From: a virus
Lineage: Duplodnaviria; Caudoviricetes
DNA: 64,000 nucleotides
Virus record (IMG/VR): IMGVR_UViG_3300027819_000006
Reading direction: 5' to 3' (one strand)
Shown here piece by piece: positions 44,796 through 54,797 of the stretch. A model generated the notes under the pieces. It saw only the letters and a program-made list of their open reading frames with translations, made no database searches and was not told the origin of the DNA. Made by a program: the position numbers and the translations under genes. Within the stretch, counting starts at the first letter, position 1. Each line of letters begins with the position of its first letter.

Positions 44796-46025
44796 CTAAA
44801 CCTCGACTATATATTTAATTGTTGTCTGTGCAACGTTATAAACCATAAATTCATCATTTCTCAAATCTGCTCCCCTAAGAGCAAAAACAGAATCGTAGTT
44901 TCCCTTTGCTTTCAAATTTTTCTCATTAAGATTATAGCAATCAGAAGAATGCTTTTGAATCTTATACTGATTTCCAACATGCACATCATAAAGAGAAAGA
45001 AGTCCAGTATCTGCAGTTCCACCAGTCCAACAACTTCCTCTTTTAGAAGTATAACCTAAACTCTTCTGAAATTTATTTGCAAAGTAGATTGAATTCCCAA
45101 ACATCGCACCAGTAGATACTGCATTTGATGGCCGAATCAAAAGTCCTGTGTCCAAAATATTCCACCAATTTTCATTTCTACTTCCATGCCAGAATGTCTG
45201 AACATCTTTATTTGCAGCTTTTTCAATCCATTCATTAAATCTCTTCTGAGTCTTCACATTCTCAACTCTGAAAGCAGATATAAACGTGTTGGCATTATCT
45301 TGCATCTTCATTCTGATAGAGTTAACTTCATTCTGTTCAACTGTGTACATTTTGACTCCAATTGAATCAAGAATTGTCATTCCCTTTGACTCAATAGAAG
45401 TAGAATCATCTTTGATAGAAACCTGTCCTTTCATAACATCAAGAGTATCTTGTTCTGAACTAACAAGTCTTCTAACTGTTTCAATATTCTGATCTGTAAT
45501 GACAGGAAAATTGAATATGAAATTCTGAACCTTGTTCATCTTCCTTGGGATTACAGTATAGAGATTGAGCAGTTTTGTATTTACGGGCTGTGTAACATTT
45601 CCAATTGCGAGCATGTTTGAAATTTCATCAACAATTCTCTGTGCTTCATCTACTTGTTGCATTGTAACATTAGATACTGCAACTGTATAGTTGTCTGAAA
45701 TGCTTCTCTTTGCAAATGCTTGAAGCTTGTTGATGAATGTTTTAATCAGCGGATTTGTAATATCTATGAATCCATTAGGAGACTGAACAGTTTCTGCAAA
45801 AAGAGTGGTCACATCTTTGTAACCCTTCTTGATCTTTGACTTGTAGAGAGGTTCCCATTTTTCAATCGGATAGTTTTCTTCAGTAAATCTGCCTCCCACG
45901 CGGCCATAATTAACTTTAAAACTACCAGTGCCAGAGTCAAACATCTGATATTCTTTGTTATTGTTTTGATCCGTCACCATTATGAGCTTTACAACTTTCT
46001 TGAACTCTTTTGATTCTTCACTCAT
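44796..46025 (-). CDS. PARP-family ADP-ribosyltransferase with WGR and helical domains
   Basis: YGRVG, LYTVIPR, FWHGSR (H), GAMFGNSIYFA..KSLGY (Y), DEFMVY (E). Confidence 0.85.
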   Translation of the reverse strand: MSEESKEFKKVVKLIMVTDQNNNKEYQMFDSGTGSFKVNYGRVGGRFTEENYPIEKWEPLYKSKIKKGYKDVTTLFAETVQSPNGFIDITNPLIKTFINKLQAFAKRSISDNYTVAVSNVTMQQVDEAQRIVDEISNMLAIGNVTQPVNTKLLNLYTVIPRKMNKVQNFIFNFPVITDQNIETVRRLVSSEQDTLDVMKGQVSIKDDSTSIESKGMTILDSIGVKMYTVEQNEVNSIRMKMQDNANTFISAFRVENVKTQKRFNEWIEKAANKDVQTFWHGSRNENWWNILDTGLLIRPSNAVSTGAMFGNSIYFANKFQKSLGYTSKRGSCWTGGTADTGLLSLYDVHVGNQYKIQKHSSDCYNLNEKNLKAKGNYDSVFALRGADLRNDEFMVYNVAQTTIKYIVEV

Positions 46026-46070
46026 TTTGTATCCTCATGAATGATGAATTGAAACTATTTTGTATGATTT

Positions 46071-46099
46071 AATATAAACAATCTATGAGCAAAAGTAAA
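46071..46099 (-). promoter_or_regulatory. sigma70-type promoter (class I) upstream of PARP
   Basis: TTTACT-N17-TATATT. Confidence 0.75.
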
Positions 46100-46103
46100 C
46101 AGT

Positions 46104-46625
46104 TTATTTAGATTTTTTCATCAATTCCACATAAATTTTTTTACATGCTTCTGTACCATTCATCGCTGAATGAGGCTTATTCTCTCGTTTATGCCCAAAA
46201 TGTTCTAAAATGCAATCCAAAGAGTAATATTTTAATCTCAATGGCCAAGCCAAAGATATTGTATCTATCCAAGTGTATGAAGTAATCTCTACTCCATATT
46301 GTCTAGATGAATATGTTATAAAACTTCTGTCAAATGATGAATTATGAGCTACAAATGCAGATCCTTTTGTTATTGATTCAAATTCTTCCCAGAATGCTTT
46401 TGTTTGCAGCTGAGCAGACTTTTTCCATTCTGTCAAAACAAATCCATTCACAGCAGAAGCAGAAGGATGCATTCTATGCAGATATACAGGAAGCAATTTT
46501 CTATACCACCTGCAAAGCTCTTTAGAGCAGTCAGCATTAGTTTTTATTAAAGCTATTTCTATAATTTCATTAAATTCTGGTAAGAGACCAGTAGTTTCTA
46601 TATCTATGAAGCAGAGATTTTTCAT
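46104..46625 (-). CDS. DEDDh 3'-5' exonuclease (DnaQ-like)
   Basis: IDIETTG, AHNSSFD, WIDT, HSAMNG. Confidence 0.85.
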   Translation of the reverse strand: MKNLCFIDIETTGLLPEFNEIIEIALIKTNADCSKELCRWYRKLLPVYLHRMHPSASAVNGFVLTEWKKSAQLQTKAFWEEFESITKGSAFVAHNSSFDRSFITYSSRQYGVEITSYTWIDTISLAWPLRLKYYSLDCILEHFGHKRENKPHSAMNGTEACKKIYVELMKKSK

Positions 46626-47004
46626 CAGTTAGCATTCTTATCTTTATGAGCATGTGCAATCTTGTTCATCGCTCTGTCAATTTCATGCATGACTTGTTCT
46701 GTTGGAGCAGATACATATAGAAAATTTTTAATATAACTGAATAGTTCAACAGCTTCATTGTGCACCAGAGTATAGTCTATTGATTGTTTCATTTCTATTT
46801 ATCCAATTTTTGACAAGTTGTGGAGTTATATGAAATAGTTTGTCTTTTTGTTTATCTTCAATGTCATTCCAACTGAATCCACTAATTTCTGATATGCTAG
46901 TTATTATTTTTTGATTTTCTGGAGATTCTATAATGACTGATTTTTAACTATAGAATAACTCCAGATTTTATTTTCTATAGTTACTTTTTTAAGTTTGTTG
47001 CGTC

Positions 47005-47829
47005 TCATTTTGTGTTTTCGGGTATTTCGCAAATTGGTGGCATGTTCATTTTATGAGAATTGCTTGTATGGAATTTAGAATAAATATCTAATACTTCTTT
47101 TGATCTATCATCTAAATCTGCTACAAGATGATTATAATCTTGAATTGTCATAAAATTTTTATGTTCGTTAAAATTCATTGCCCATTCAAGTTCTTCATAT
47201 GAAGCTCCAATATGATCTTCATCAGACCTTCCATCTTCCCAAAGACCATCTGTTGGAGTAACTTCAATAATTCTCTTATCAATATTCATCCATTTTGCAA
47301 GTTCTCTAACTTCTGTTTTTGTAAGTTTTCCAATAGGACTAATATCTACTCCTCCATCTCCATATTTTGTGAAAAATCCCACTCCATAGTCTTCTACATA
47401 GTTTCCAGTTCCTACAACTAAAAGTTTTTCATCTGCTGCAAAATTATAGAGTGCACACATTCTGAGCCGAGACTGTAAATTTGCCATAGCAAGTTTATTC
47501 TGAACTTGATTGATTGGTAATACTCCTTTGAAAGCGTTGAAAACAGTCTCTAAATAAATGATTTTGGGCTCTGCACAATCATAAGTATTTCTAAGCCAAT
47601 ATGCATGAATAGCTGAAAGCTCGTCCGGTTCAATGGGCTTAGTGGGTAATCTAACAACAACAGTTTTCTTACCAGTCATTGCACACAGAGTAGAAACTAC
47701 AGCAGAGTCAATTCCTCCTGAAATTCCTATAATAAAACCATTCATATTAGCTTCGTTACGGTAATCTGATAACCACTGAACAATATGATTTGTAACTTTT
47801 TGACAGTTCATATTTATCCTTTCTATCAT
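47005..47829 (-). CDS. nadE: NH3-dependent NAD+ synthetase
   Basis: GISGGIDSAV, NLQSRLRM, GTGN..E, FTKYGDGG, PTDGLW..GRSDED. Confidence 0.9.
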   Translation of the reverse strand: MIERINMNCQKVTNHIVQWLSDYRNEANMNGFIIGISGGIDSAVVSTLCAMTGKKTVVVRLPTKPIEPDELSAIHAYWLRNTYDCAEPKIIYLETVFNAFKGVLPINQVQNKLAMANLQSRLRMCALYNFAADEKLLVVGTGNYVEDYGVGFFTKYGDGGVDISPIGKLTKTEVRELAKWMNIDKRIIEVTPTDGLWEDGRSDEDHIGASYEELEWAMNFNEHKNFMTIQDYNHLVADLDDRSKEVLDIYSKFHTSNSHKMNMPPICEIPENTK

Positions 47830-47834
47830 TTGCT

Positions 47835-48173
47835 TTATACTCTATTTATGATATAGACTATGGGTTTACCTATAAAACTAAATGCATAATATGTAAACCA
47901 AAACATTATCGCTAAAATTTTATATAATAAGAGTGCTGTATATGGTGCTATGAGCAAAGATATAAACATCATTTCTAACAATTGATCTAGATTTAAGTAC
48001 TCTTCCATCATGTCATACCAAGAAGGCTTATGATAATTATTATCTCTGATAGGAATAGAATCTCCATCATAAAATGCAAATCTACCATCATATTTATATT
48101 TTTGATAAACGATAAGTAAAAGTCTAAACATGAAAAGAGATATAGCTGTTAAAATATAACTGTAGATTGTCAT
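47835..48173 (-). CDS. membrane protein
   Basis: Hydrophobic segments. Confidence 0.45.
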   Translation of the reverse strand: MTIYSYILTAISLFMFRLLLIVYQKYKYDGRFAFYDGDSIPIRDNNYHKPSWYDMMEEYLNLDQLLEMMFISLLIAPYTALLLYKILAIMFWFTYYAFSFIGKPIVYIINRV

Positions 48174-48348
48174 AGATTATCCTTTTCTATTAAAAATGTC
48201 CAAAAATTTATGTTCTCTTATTATTTAAGCAAGTATTTTTTGAGTTTTTAAATTTTTGTTTTGAAGATTTTGTCTCCTTGAATAAATTTTATTAAATTTT
48301 GTTAAAAAATGTTATGTTTTAAAAATATAAATTGGAGAAAAGTAAATG

Positions 48349-49626
48349 TCATCTCCCATCTTCTTTAAATTTCACAAAAACTGGAAAGCGCAATGAATAA
48401 ACTGTTGTATTTTCACTTGTTGTTACATTCTGATATTTAATTTCGACTATTTTACCTATATATTTATCTCTATTGTTCCAAATCATATCTCTATCTTGAT
48501 CACTGAATCCAGATCCACAACTTGATCTGACAAATTTACCCTCGATTTCTCCTTCTACAAAAATATTGCCCAAAGTATTTGAATTTTTGCCATTTCCAAG
48601 AGCAAAGCCCGTAATTTGTAAGTCTTCCTCTTTAAACATTTTAACTTTCAGCAAATTATTATCACGATCCCATGAATAATAATTATCGGGAGATCTTAAC
48701 ATTGCTCCCTCGAACCCAGCTTCAACAAACTTTACACAAATCTTTTCAATCTCTTCTTTTGTATTAGGAATTACAGAATAGTTAATTGGAATTACATATT
48801 CATATTTTTTCCAATTAACTCTTTTCAGAACCATCACCATGTCATTTGTATTCTTGAAATTACTACTTCCTACAGCAAATACATTGAACTTGATCTTCTT
48901 CTTATGATCATCATTTACGTTTCTATAAGACAAAACATATCCCTGAATTGTCTCAAATGGAATGTCTGGTGAATAAAGTTCTCCGTCAATGAATTCAAAA
49001 TCATTGTCTTTGCATATTTCATTAAGCTCTGCAATTACATGATCAAAACCTGTAATTTCTGTAGCACCTCTTGTATAAGCTACTCCAGTTTTGAGATCAT
49101 AATTTATGTCTAGATTGTGTGGATGTTTTGTATTGAATAATGTACATCTCAGCCCATCGTACTTTTTTGAAGCAAACCAATACTTCACTCCATAATCTCT
49201 ACCTTCTTCCCATTTATTTGCAAGCTGAACTTTATATTCTTTGATGAAATCCTTGCCATAGACCTTCTTCAATGAAGTAGAAGAGATTCCAATCTTGAAT
49301 CCTTTTTGCAGAATGCATGTAAAAATTTCTTGAGTTTCTTTTGTACACTCCATCATCAGGTCATCGATTGCATCTTTTGCTGCATTACCAGTCAGCTTTC
49401 TGCTCTTCAACTTTTCTTGTAAGTCATAGAATTCATGCCACTTCTCATGAAATGTATCACATCCGGTAACAGATGTTTTGATTTTATTGACATTAAAAAT
49501 TTCAAATGGATCATAACAGAGTCTAAAAGCTTCTCTGATTTCTGTATCAGATGAATACTTGCAGAGAATGGCCAACTTTTCATTTGTTCCAGTAGAAGCT
49601 TTGATCTCTGAGATTAGTTTTTCCAT
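48349..49626 (-). CDS. ATP-dependent DNA ligase
   Basis: KKYDGLRC, DGELY, EGAMLR, LLKVK, SLRFPVF. Confidence 0.9.
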   Translation of the reverse strand: MEKLISEIKASTGTNEKLAILCKYSSDTEIREAFRLCYDPFEIFNVNKIKTSVTGCDTFHEKWHEFYDLQEKLKSRKLTGNAAKDAIDDLMMECTKETQEIFTCILQKGFKIGISSTSLKKVYGKDFIKEYKVQLANKWEEGRDYGVKYWFASKKYDGLRCTLFNTKHPHNLDINYDLKTGVAYTRGATEITGFDHVIAELNEICKDNDFEFIDGELYSPDIPFETIQGYVLSYRNVNDDHKKKIKFNVFAVGSSNFKNTNDMVMVLKRVNWKKYEYVIPINYSVIPNTKEEIEKICVKFVEAGFEGAMLRSPDNYYSWDRDNNLLKVKMFKEEDLQITGFALGNGKNSNTLGNIFVEGEIEGKFVRSSCGSGFSDQDRDMIWNNRDKYIGKIVEIKYQNVTTSENTTVYSLRFPVFVKFKEDGR

Positions 49627-49667
49627 TTTTGCTTCCTATAGTTTATATGATTATTTTTGTATAGTTA

Positions 49668-49696
49668 AATATAAACAATCTACACTTAAAAGTAAA
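49668..49696 (-). promoter_or_regulatory. sigma70-type promoter (class I)
   Basis: TTTACT-N17-TATATT. Confidence 0.75.
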
Positions 49697-49809
49697 CAGT
49701 TATATTGACATATCCTTCAATAAATTGATCCAAGCTACAGCTACAATAGAAACACAAATAACTACTACAATCCACACTAGTGCTTCTGGCCACCTCATGA
49801 TAAAACTCC

Positions 49810-50282
49810 TTATGTAAAGAAAGTCAATGAATCTTCTTCTATGATGATTCCACACCGTTTCAGCTCTATAATCTGATCTTCTGTTATGACTTCTGCTAAT
49901 TCTTCTAAATTGATGTTCAGATAAAATATATCATGCTCAGCAGCTGCAATCATGTCAGAATCTTCTGATTGCAGCTCACTCAAAAGTAACATAGCATGAA
50001 GGTCTGGTCTATTACTTCTTTTATTTTCTATTTTATGAAACTCTAGATATTCTTCATCATGCTTATCAAACAATTCCAGCATTTCTGATAGATCCATATC
50101 TACTCATCTCCTTCTTCAATTTTAGAATCGAATTCTTCAGCATCTTTTAAATCTTTGATCTGCCTAAGATTTCTTCTGAGCTCTTGTCTAAATCTTCTAT
50201 TGTGATTCTTTTTATTTTTTTCAACTACATAGTCTGCACTATTAGAATCACTATTATTAAAACCCTGTTTTTGCTTCCTCAA
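49810..50282 (-). CDS. two small hypothetical ORFs (49810-50097, 50100-50282)
   Basis: Operonic ORFs. Confidence 0.45.
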
Positions 50283-50283
50283 C

Positions 50284-50721
50284 TCATTTCTCCTTCTTGA
50301 AATTTAATTTTAGTATTTTCTGTAGCCTTAAACTTGTTATATTGACAATAAATTTTTGCCATTTTCTACCAATTTCAGTAAATTCTTTTTCAGTCAACCA
50401 TTTTGTATCTTTTGTTTCATAGTGAGGCTCATCAAAATCATCTATATTGTGAACACTGCAAGCATATACAGTCATTGGATTGAATTTGCCTATTTTATGT
50501 ATATTTTCTATATTTGTTTCTTTTAATCCTAATTCTTCTTTTCCTTCTCTAATAGCAGCATCTAATTCTGTTTCTCCGTCATCTATCATTCCTTTTGCTA
50601 TCTGATATTCTAACGATCCAAAATTTTGATCACTCGGTCTCATGAACAGAAAATGAAACTCATCATCTTTTATATAAAATGGAATCATTGCAGCTCTATT
50701 TTTCTTTTCATCTACAGACAT
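50284..50721 (-). CDS. NUDIX hydrolase
   Basis: KGMIDDGETELDAAIREGKEELGL Nudix box. Confidence 0.9.
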   Translation of the reverse strand: MSVDEKKNRAAMIPFYIKDDEFHFLFMRPSDQNFGSLEYQIAKGMIDDGETELDAAIREGKEELGLKETNIENIHKIGKFNPMTVYACSVHNIDDFDEPHYETKDTKWLTEKEFTEIGRKWQKFIVNITSLRLQKILKLNFKKEK

Positions 50722-51427
50722 TCGATTAAATCCTCTTTTGGAATTTTAACTCCATACACTTTGCCAATACCGAATAAATTGCAACAATATAGACCATTTG
50801 GCTGAGAAGTGATTTCATCTAAAGAATTAACAGCAAGAGTCTTCTTAATATCTGGTCCATAATGAACAGGATATGTTCTATTAGAATGTTTTAGTTTAAA
50901 CTTTTTCATCTTCAGATTCCTCCTCGCCTACAAATAGATTATCATTTTTAAAAATGTGCAACTGATAAGAATCTGTATTTTTTGAAAATAGCTTTGACCA
51001 CATGCTTTTCTTAGCTATGACTGCAACATATTCTTTGTCTAATTTTAATCTCAATTCCTCAGTAATATGTTCATCGCAAGCAAGACGTAATAAAACAGCA
51101 GATTTCACTTTGTTAAATTCTTCTTGCATTTGCTCTAAATCTAATGACCATATACTAGGCATACTAAATCTCCTTAGATGACTCATGTTTAGATGTTAGA
51201 TCTTCATCTGGAATTTCAATGTTGAAAACCATTCTGTCTGATCTGTGCAGAGTGAATAGATTTGTATTTTCTTTGAGTAATACATCTTTTCTGTTAAGTT
51301 CAATTTGTCCCACAATAGACTTATTTTTATAGTTTCTATTCTTAACATCATAACCAGAAACATGATAGAAATTATATGTCTTAGATTCTTTAACTCTGTG
51401 AATGGTTCCAGTGATGTAGTAGCTCAT
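50712..51427 (-). CDS. three small hypothetical ORFs (50712-50909, 50896-51186, 51164-51427)
   Basis: Overlapping operonic ORFs after promoter. Confidence 0.4.
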
Positions 51428-51464
51428 ATTGTCCTTTCAGTATTTTGTTATTTATAATATTTTA

Positions 51465-51493
51465 AATATAAACAATCTATACTCAAATGTAAA
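51465..51493 (-). promoter_or_regulatory. sigma70-type promoter (class I)
   Basis: TTTACA-N17-TATATT. Confidence 0.75.
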
Positions 51494-51910
51494 CAACTAT
51501 TTTTAGAAAATATTAAAAGCTACACATAGATATTATCTATACATAACTTTTTTAACTCATTTTATTGTTGCATCAAAACACCCTTTTAAGCAGTTTCAAC
51601 GGCTTCATTCATTGAACTCATTACTGCTGCTCCACATCCAGAACAGAATTTATTTGAGCTTTCATTTAAAGCATCAGTTAGTTTAATATTGAGCAAATTT
51701 ATATCTTGAAAATCAGATTGCCATATTTTTACAAATTTACATTTTAAAATATTTATTATATTTTGTTCTCTAATGTTGTCTCTTTCTATCTATTCATTAT
51801 TGAATAGATGTTAATTGCGGGAACATTCAGATTTTAACTGAAATTACCAGGGTTTGGAATCCTGCATTTTGTCTTTTAAACTATGTTCCCATGTTTCATT
51901 TTAATACAAA

Positions 51911-52528
51911 CTATACAAATTTTAAAAAATAGTTCCAATCTTCTCTATTTTTCAGATCAACAACCTTTTGAAATTTATTGATCCATTGTGGTTTAGATGG
52001 CTTTTTTAACAGCTTAAAACCAACTTCTTCTAAACTTTTGTTGCCTTTGTATTCATTGCAGTTTTTACAACATGCAACACAATTAGAAAAACTGCTACTT
52101 CCACCAGAAGCTTTCGGAATTATATGATCAATTGTTAGCATATCTATATTATATTTTTTATAACAGAATTGACAAGTATAAGAATCTCTCTGCAGTATAG
52201 ATGCTCGACTATACTTGACAAAATAACTTGGTAATTCATCTGTTCTATGAACTATAACAGAAGGAGCTAAATGTTTATATTTTGGAGAATGAACTATATG
52301 ATATTTATCTTCTGGCAATCTATCTGATATTCTCACTAATTCGTCATAATCAATAGCTGAAAGTTTTGATCCTACTAAATTGTTAAACTTGTCATATACA
52401 TCTTCTGTAAGAACCATTTTAGCATAATTCTTATATATTAGTCCGAAAGCTGTTCTTACATCTGTAATGTTCAGAGCAATCCAGCTCCTGTTAATACAGA
52501 GAGTTTCCCTATTCAATAAAGAACTCAT
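51911..52528 (-). CDS. HNH endonuclease (McrA-like family)
   Basis: ILQRDSYTCQFC...TIDHIIP..GG...NCVACCKNCNEYKG. Confidence 0.9.
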   Translation of the reverse strand: MSSLLNRETLCINRSWIALNITDVRTAFGLIYKNYAKMVLTEDVYDKFNNLVGSKLSAIDYDELVRISDRLPEDKYHIVHSPKYKHLAPSVIVHRTDELPSYFVKYSRASILQRDSYTCQFCYKKYNIDMLTIDHIIPKASGGSSSFSNCVACCKNCNEYKGNKSLEEVGFKLLKKPSKPQWINKFQKVVDLKNREDWNYFLKFV

Positions 52529-52532
52529 TTTA

Positions 52533-52796
52533 TCAATCCCAATTTAAAAAATCTGAATGCTCTAAACAGACGCATCTATCATATTTAGCACTGCCAAGCA
52601 TAGATTGATTAATGATGCCTAAGTCTAAACATGCTTGACAAGGAATAACTTTATAGCAAAATGCACAAATTATTCCTTTTTTTTCAGCAGTTCTAATAAC
52701 TGGACATTTACAATTGCACTTTTCGCTGTATACATAACTGAAAATATGACTAAATGCTAATTTTATTCTTTCATTTTTAGCAGTACTATAACTCAT
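52533..52796 (-). CDS. small Cys-rich protein
   Basis: Several CxxC motifs. Confidence 0.45.
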   Translation of the reverse strand: MSYSTAKNERIKLAFSHIFSYVYSEKCNCKCPVIRTAEKKGIICAFCYKVIPCQACLDLGIINQSMLGSAKYDRCVCLEHSDFLNWD

Positions 52797-53470
52797 TTTG
52801 CTGTTTTCTTTCTATTAGCAGAACTAGTTTTTTTATCCCAACTTTTTCTATTTCTATATGTAAATTTTGGTTCGATAATCTCATCCACCCAGCCATATTC
52901 TAGAGCTTGCTCGCTAGAAATGTACCATTCACGCTCTTCGTTAATTTTAGCTTCTATTTCTTTTTCAGACAAATTTGACTGTTCGCTTAAAAGTTTTAGA
53001 ATTCTTCTCCATAGATCTTCTAAATTTTTAGCATGGCTTAATGTAGATTTAGCATCTGCATCAACTATTCCAGCACTGATATTATGCATCATCAAAGTTG
53101 TATTTTTATAGCAATATCTTTTTAGACCAGAAACTAGAATTATAAATGCTCCAGAGCAACATTCTCCAATACCAATGGTTCTTACAGCACAAGTACCAGA
53201 TCTTATATAGTCAGATATGAACATTGATACTTGAGCATCACCACCTGGGGAATTTATGTATAGATCAATAGGTTCTTTCTCTTCTTTAATTTTTAACAAT
53301 TCACATTGTAACCATACTGTCTCTATAGCATTTTCTGTGATCAGACCATTCATTATTACATATCGGTTATCTAAAGCTGCTTTTTTGCATTCATATATGA
53401 GACTATTATCTGGATCATCAAATTTTTCATCAGCTTCAAGATCATATTGCATGCTCTTCACCACAGTCAA
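52793..53470 (-). CDS. clpP: ClpP-like protease subunit
   Basis: LYINSPGG, GECCSGAF, LMMHN, EQALEYGWVDEI. Confidence 0.8.
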   Translation of the reverse strand: MTVVKSMQYDLEADEKFDDPDNSLIYECKKAALDNRYVIMNGLITENAIETVWLQCELLKIKEEKEPIDLYINSPGGDAQVSMFISDYIRSGTCAVRTIGIGECCSGAFIILVSGLKRYCYKNTTLMMHNISAGIVDADAKSTLSHAKNLEDLWRRILKLLSEQSNLSEKEIEAKINEEREWYISSEQALEYGWVDEIIEPKFTYRNRKSWDKKTSSANRKKTAK

Positions 53471-53541
53471 CGTCTCCTAAAATTAATGGGCAGAAAATTT
53501 AATCTCTGCCCATTTTTACATCTTTTAGCATTACATATATT

Positions 53542-54177
53542 CTACAGATTAAATCCTACAGCTATTCTTTGAAGTTTTGAATCTCTGATATCTTCAAAAT
53601 TATACGCTACATAAACATGTTTTGTCATGTTTAGAGAAACTACTCCAACATTGTCAAACTTATGAACATCTAAAGTTCTGTCAACATTCCAAGAAGTCTT
53701 CCAGAATAGTTTTAGATCTCTGTTAGCATAATTAAATGTTGCCCACGATACTAATATTTTATGATCTACTTTGGCAAAATTCTGATCTAAATCTTGTTTA
53801 TATCCTAAATTTGCAGAAAAATATTTTGTTACATTTGCACCAACACCAAGTACATACTCGTGATACTTTACTGTATCATATGTATATTTGTATGAACCAG
53901 ATAGATTTACTAGAGATACTCTTCTTGATAAGTCTACTGTTCCATTTGCTCTGTATTTTTTACCATTGATATGCACATATTTGCCATAAATTGCTACTGC
54001 AACTTTATTGACATTCAGATTATGATTTACAAACAAGCTTTTTTGATCAACTGAATTATCTTTCATCCAAGAAAAATCAGCATTCAAAGCATGAGCAAAC
54101 TTAGGTAAAGCTATTAATGACAGTGTAATTGCTAAAATTGTTGCGAATATTTTCATATATTGTACTCCTCTATTCAA
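53542..54177 (-). CDS. Putative outer-membrane beta-barrel protein
   Basis: Signal peptide ending AHA, alternating aromatic beta-strands, C-terminal VGFNL. Confidence 0.6.
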   Translation of the reverse strand: MNRGVQYMKIFATILAITLSLIALPKFAHALNADFSWMKDNSVDQKSLFVNHNLNVNKVAVAIYGKYVHINGKKYRANGTVDLSRRVSLVNLSGSYKYTYDTVKYHEYVLGVGANVTKYFSANLGYKQDLDQNFAKVDHKILVSWATFNYANRDLKLFWKTSWNVDRTLDVHKFDNVGVVSLNMTKHVYVAYNFEDIRDSKLQRIAVGFNL

Positions 54178-54646
54178 TGATTTCTAAAATTGTGAATTTT
54201 TTGCTTATGGGAACTGTGTATACCAAACTACTTGTCAGCATGATATCTTTAAAATAGTCATTATTTTCATCTAGAAATTCTAAATCAAATATCACCTCCT
54301 TAGGATTTATTTCTTCTCTTATCACTATTCCAAATTGATTTGCTGAGTCTTCTTTCTTTAAAGCATTCTTTCTTGCTGTATTGACATCTTTGTACCATTC
54401 AAAGATAGTTGTTTCTATATTTTTTTTCTGCTTCATGTCATTAAAATTAGCATATGAATTGCTGTTTCTGTTATCAGAAAGTATTAATCCTTTGTAGAGA
54501 ATATAGCTGTCTGAATCGACAAATTCTTGTATCCTACCTGACATATTTATAACTTCATTAATATTTTTTTGCTTTCTAGTTAACCATTTCAAAATTCTAT
54601 AATATTCTAGAGTTTTGTTTTCTACTATTATATCAGATAAGTTCAT
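54170..54646 (-). CDS. hypothetical protein
   Basis: 158-aa ORF. Confidence 0.45.
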   Translation of the reverse strand: MNLSDIIVENKTLEYYRILKWLTRKQKNINEVINMSGRIQEFVDSDSYILYKGLILSDNRNSNSYANFNDMKQKKNIETTIFEWYKDVNTARKNALKKEDSANQFGIVIREEINPKEVIFDLEFLDENNDYFKDIMLTSSLVYTVPISKKFTILEIIE

Positions 54647-54797
54647 ATGTTTAAATTTTATACAACTAAGTGTTTATATTTTATACAGTTATAGTCTTTT
54701 AAATTTAATTTGTTCAATCGTAGAAATTTAAATCATAAAATTTGTACATCCACTATTCAGCTAATATTAAATATTAGTGAGCTTTTAAACTTGTACC

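Noticed and set aside
51540-51900. Functional gene between the HNH gene and the promoter at 51465
   Set aside because: Multiple stops; only fragments such as VKIWQSD suggest a decayed DUF559 remnant, too weak to annotate.
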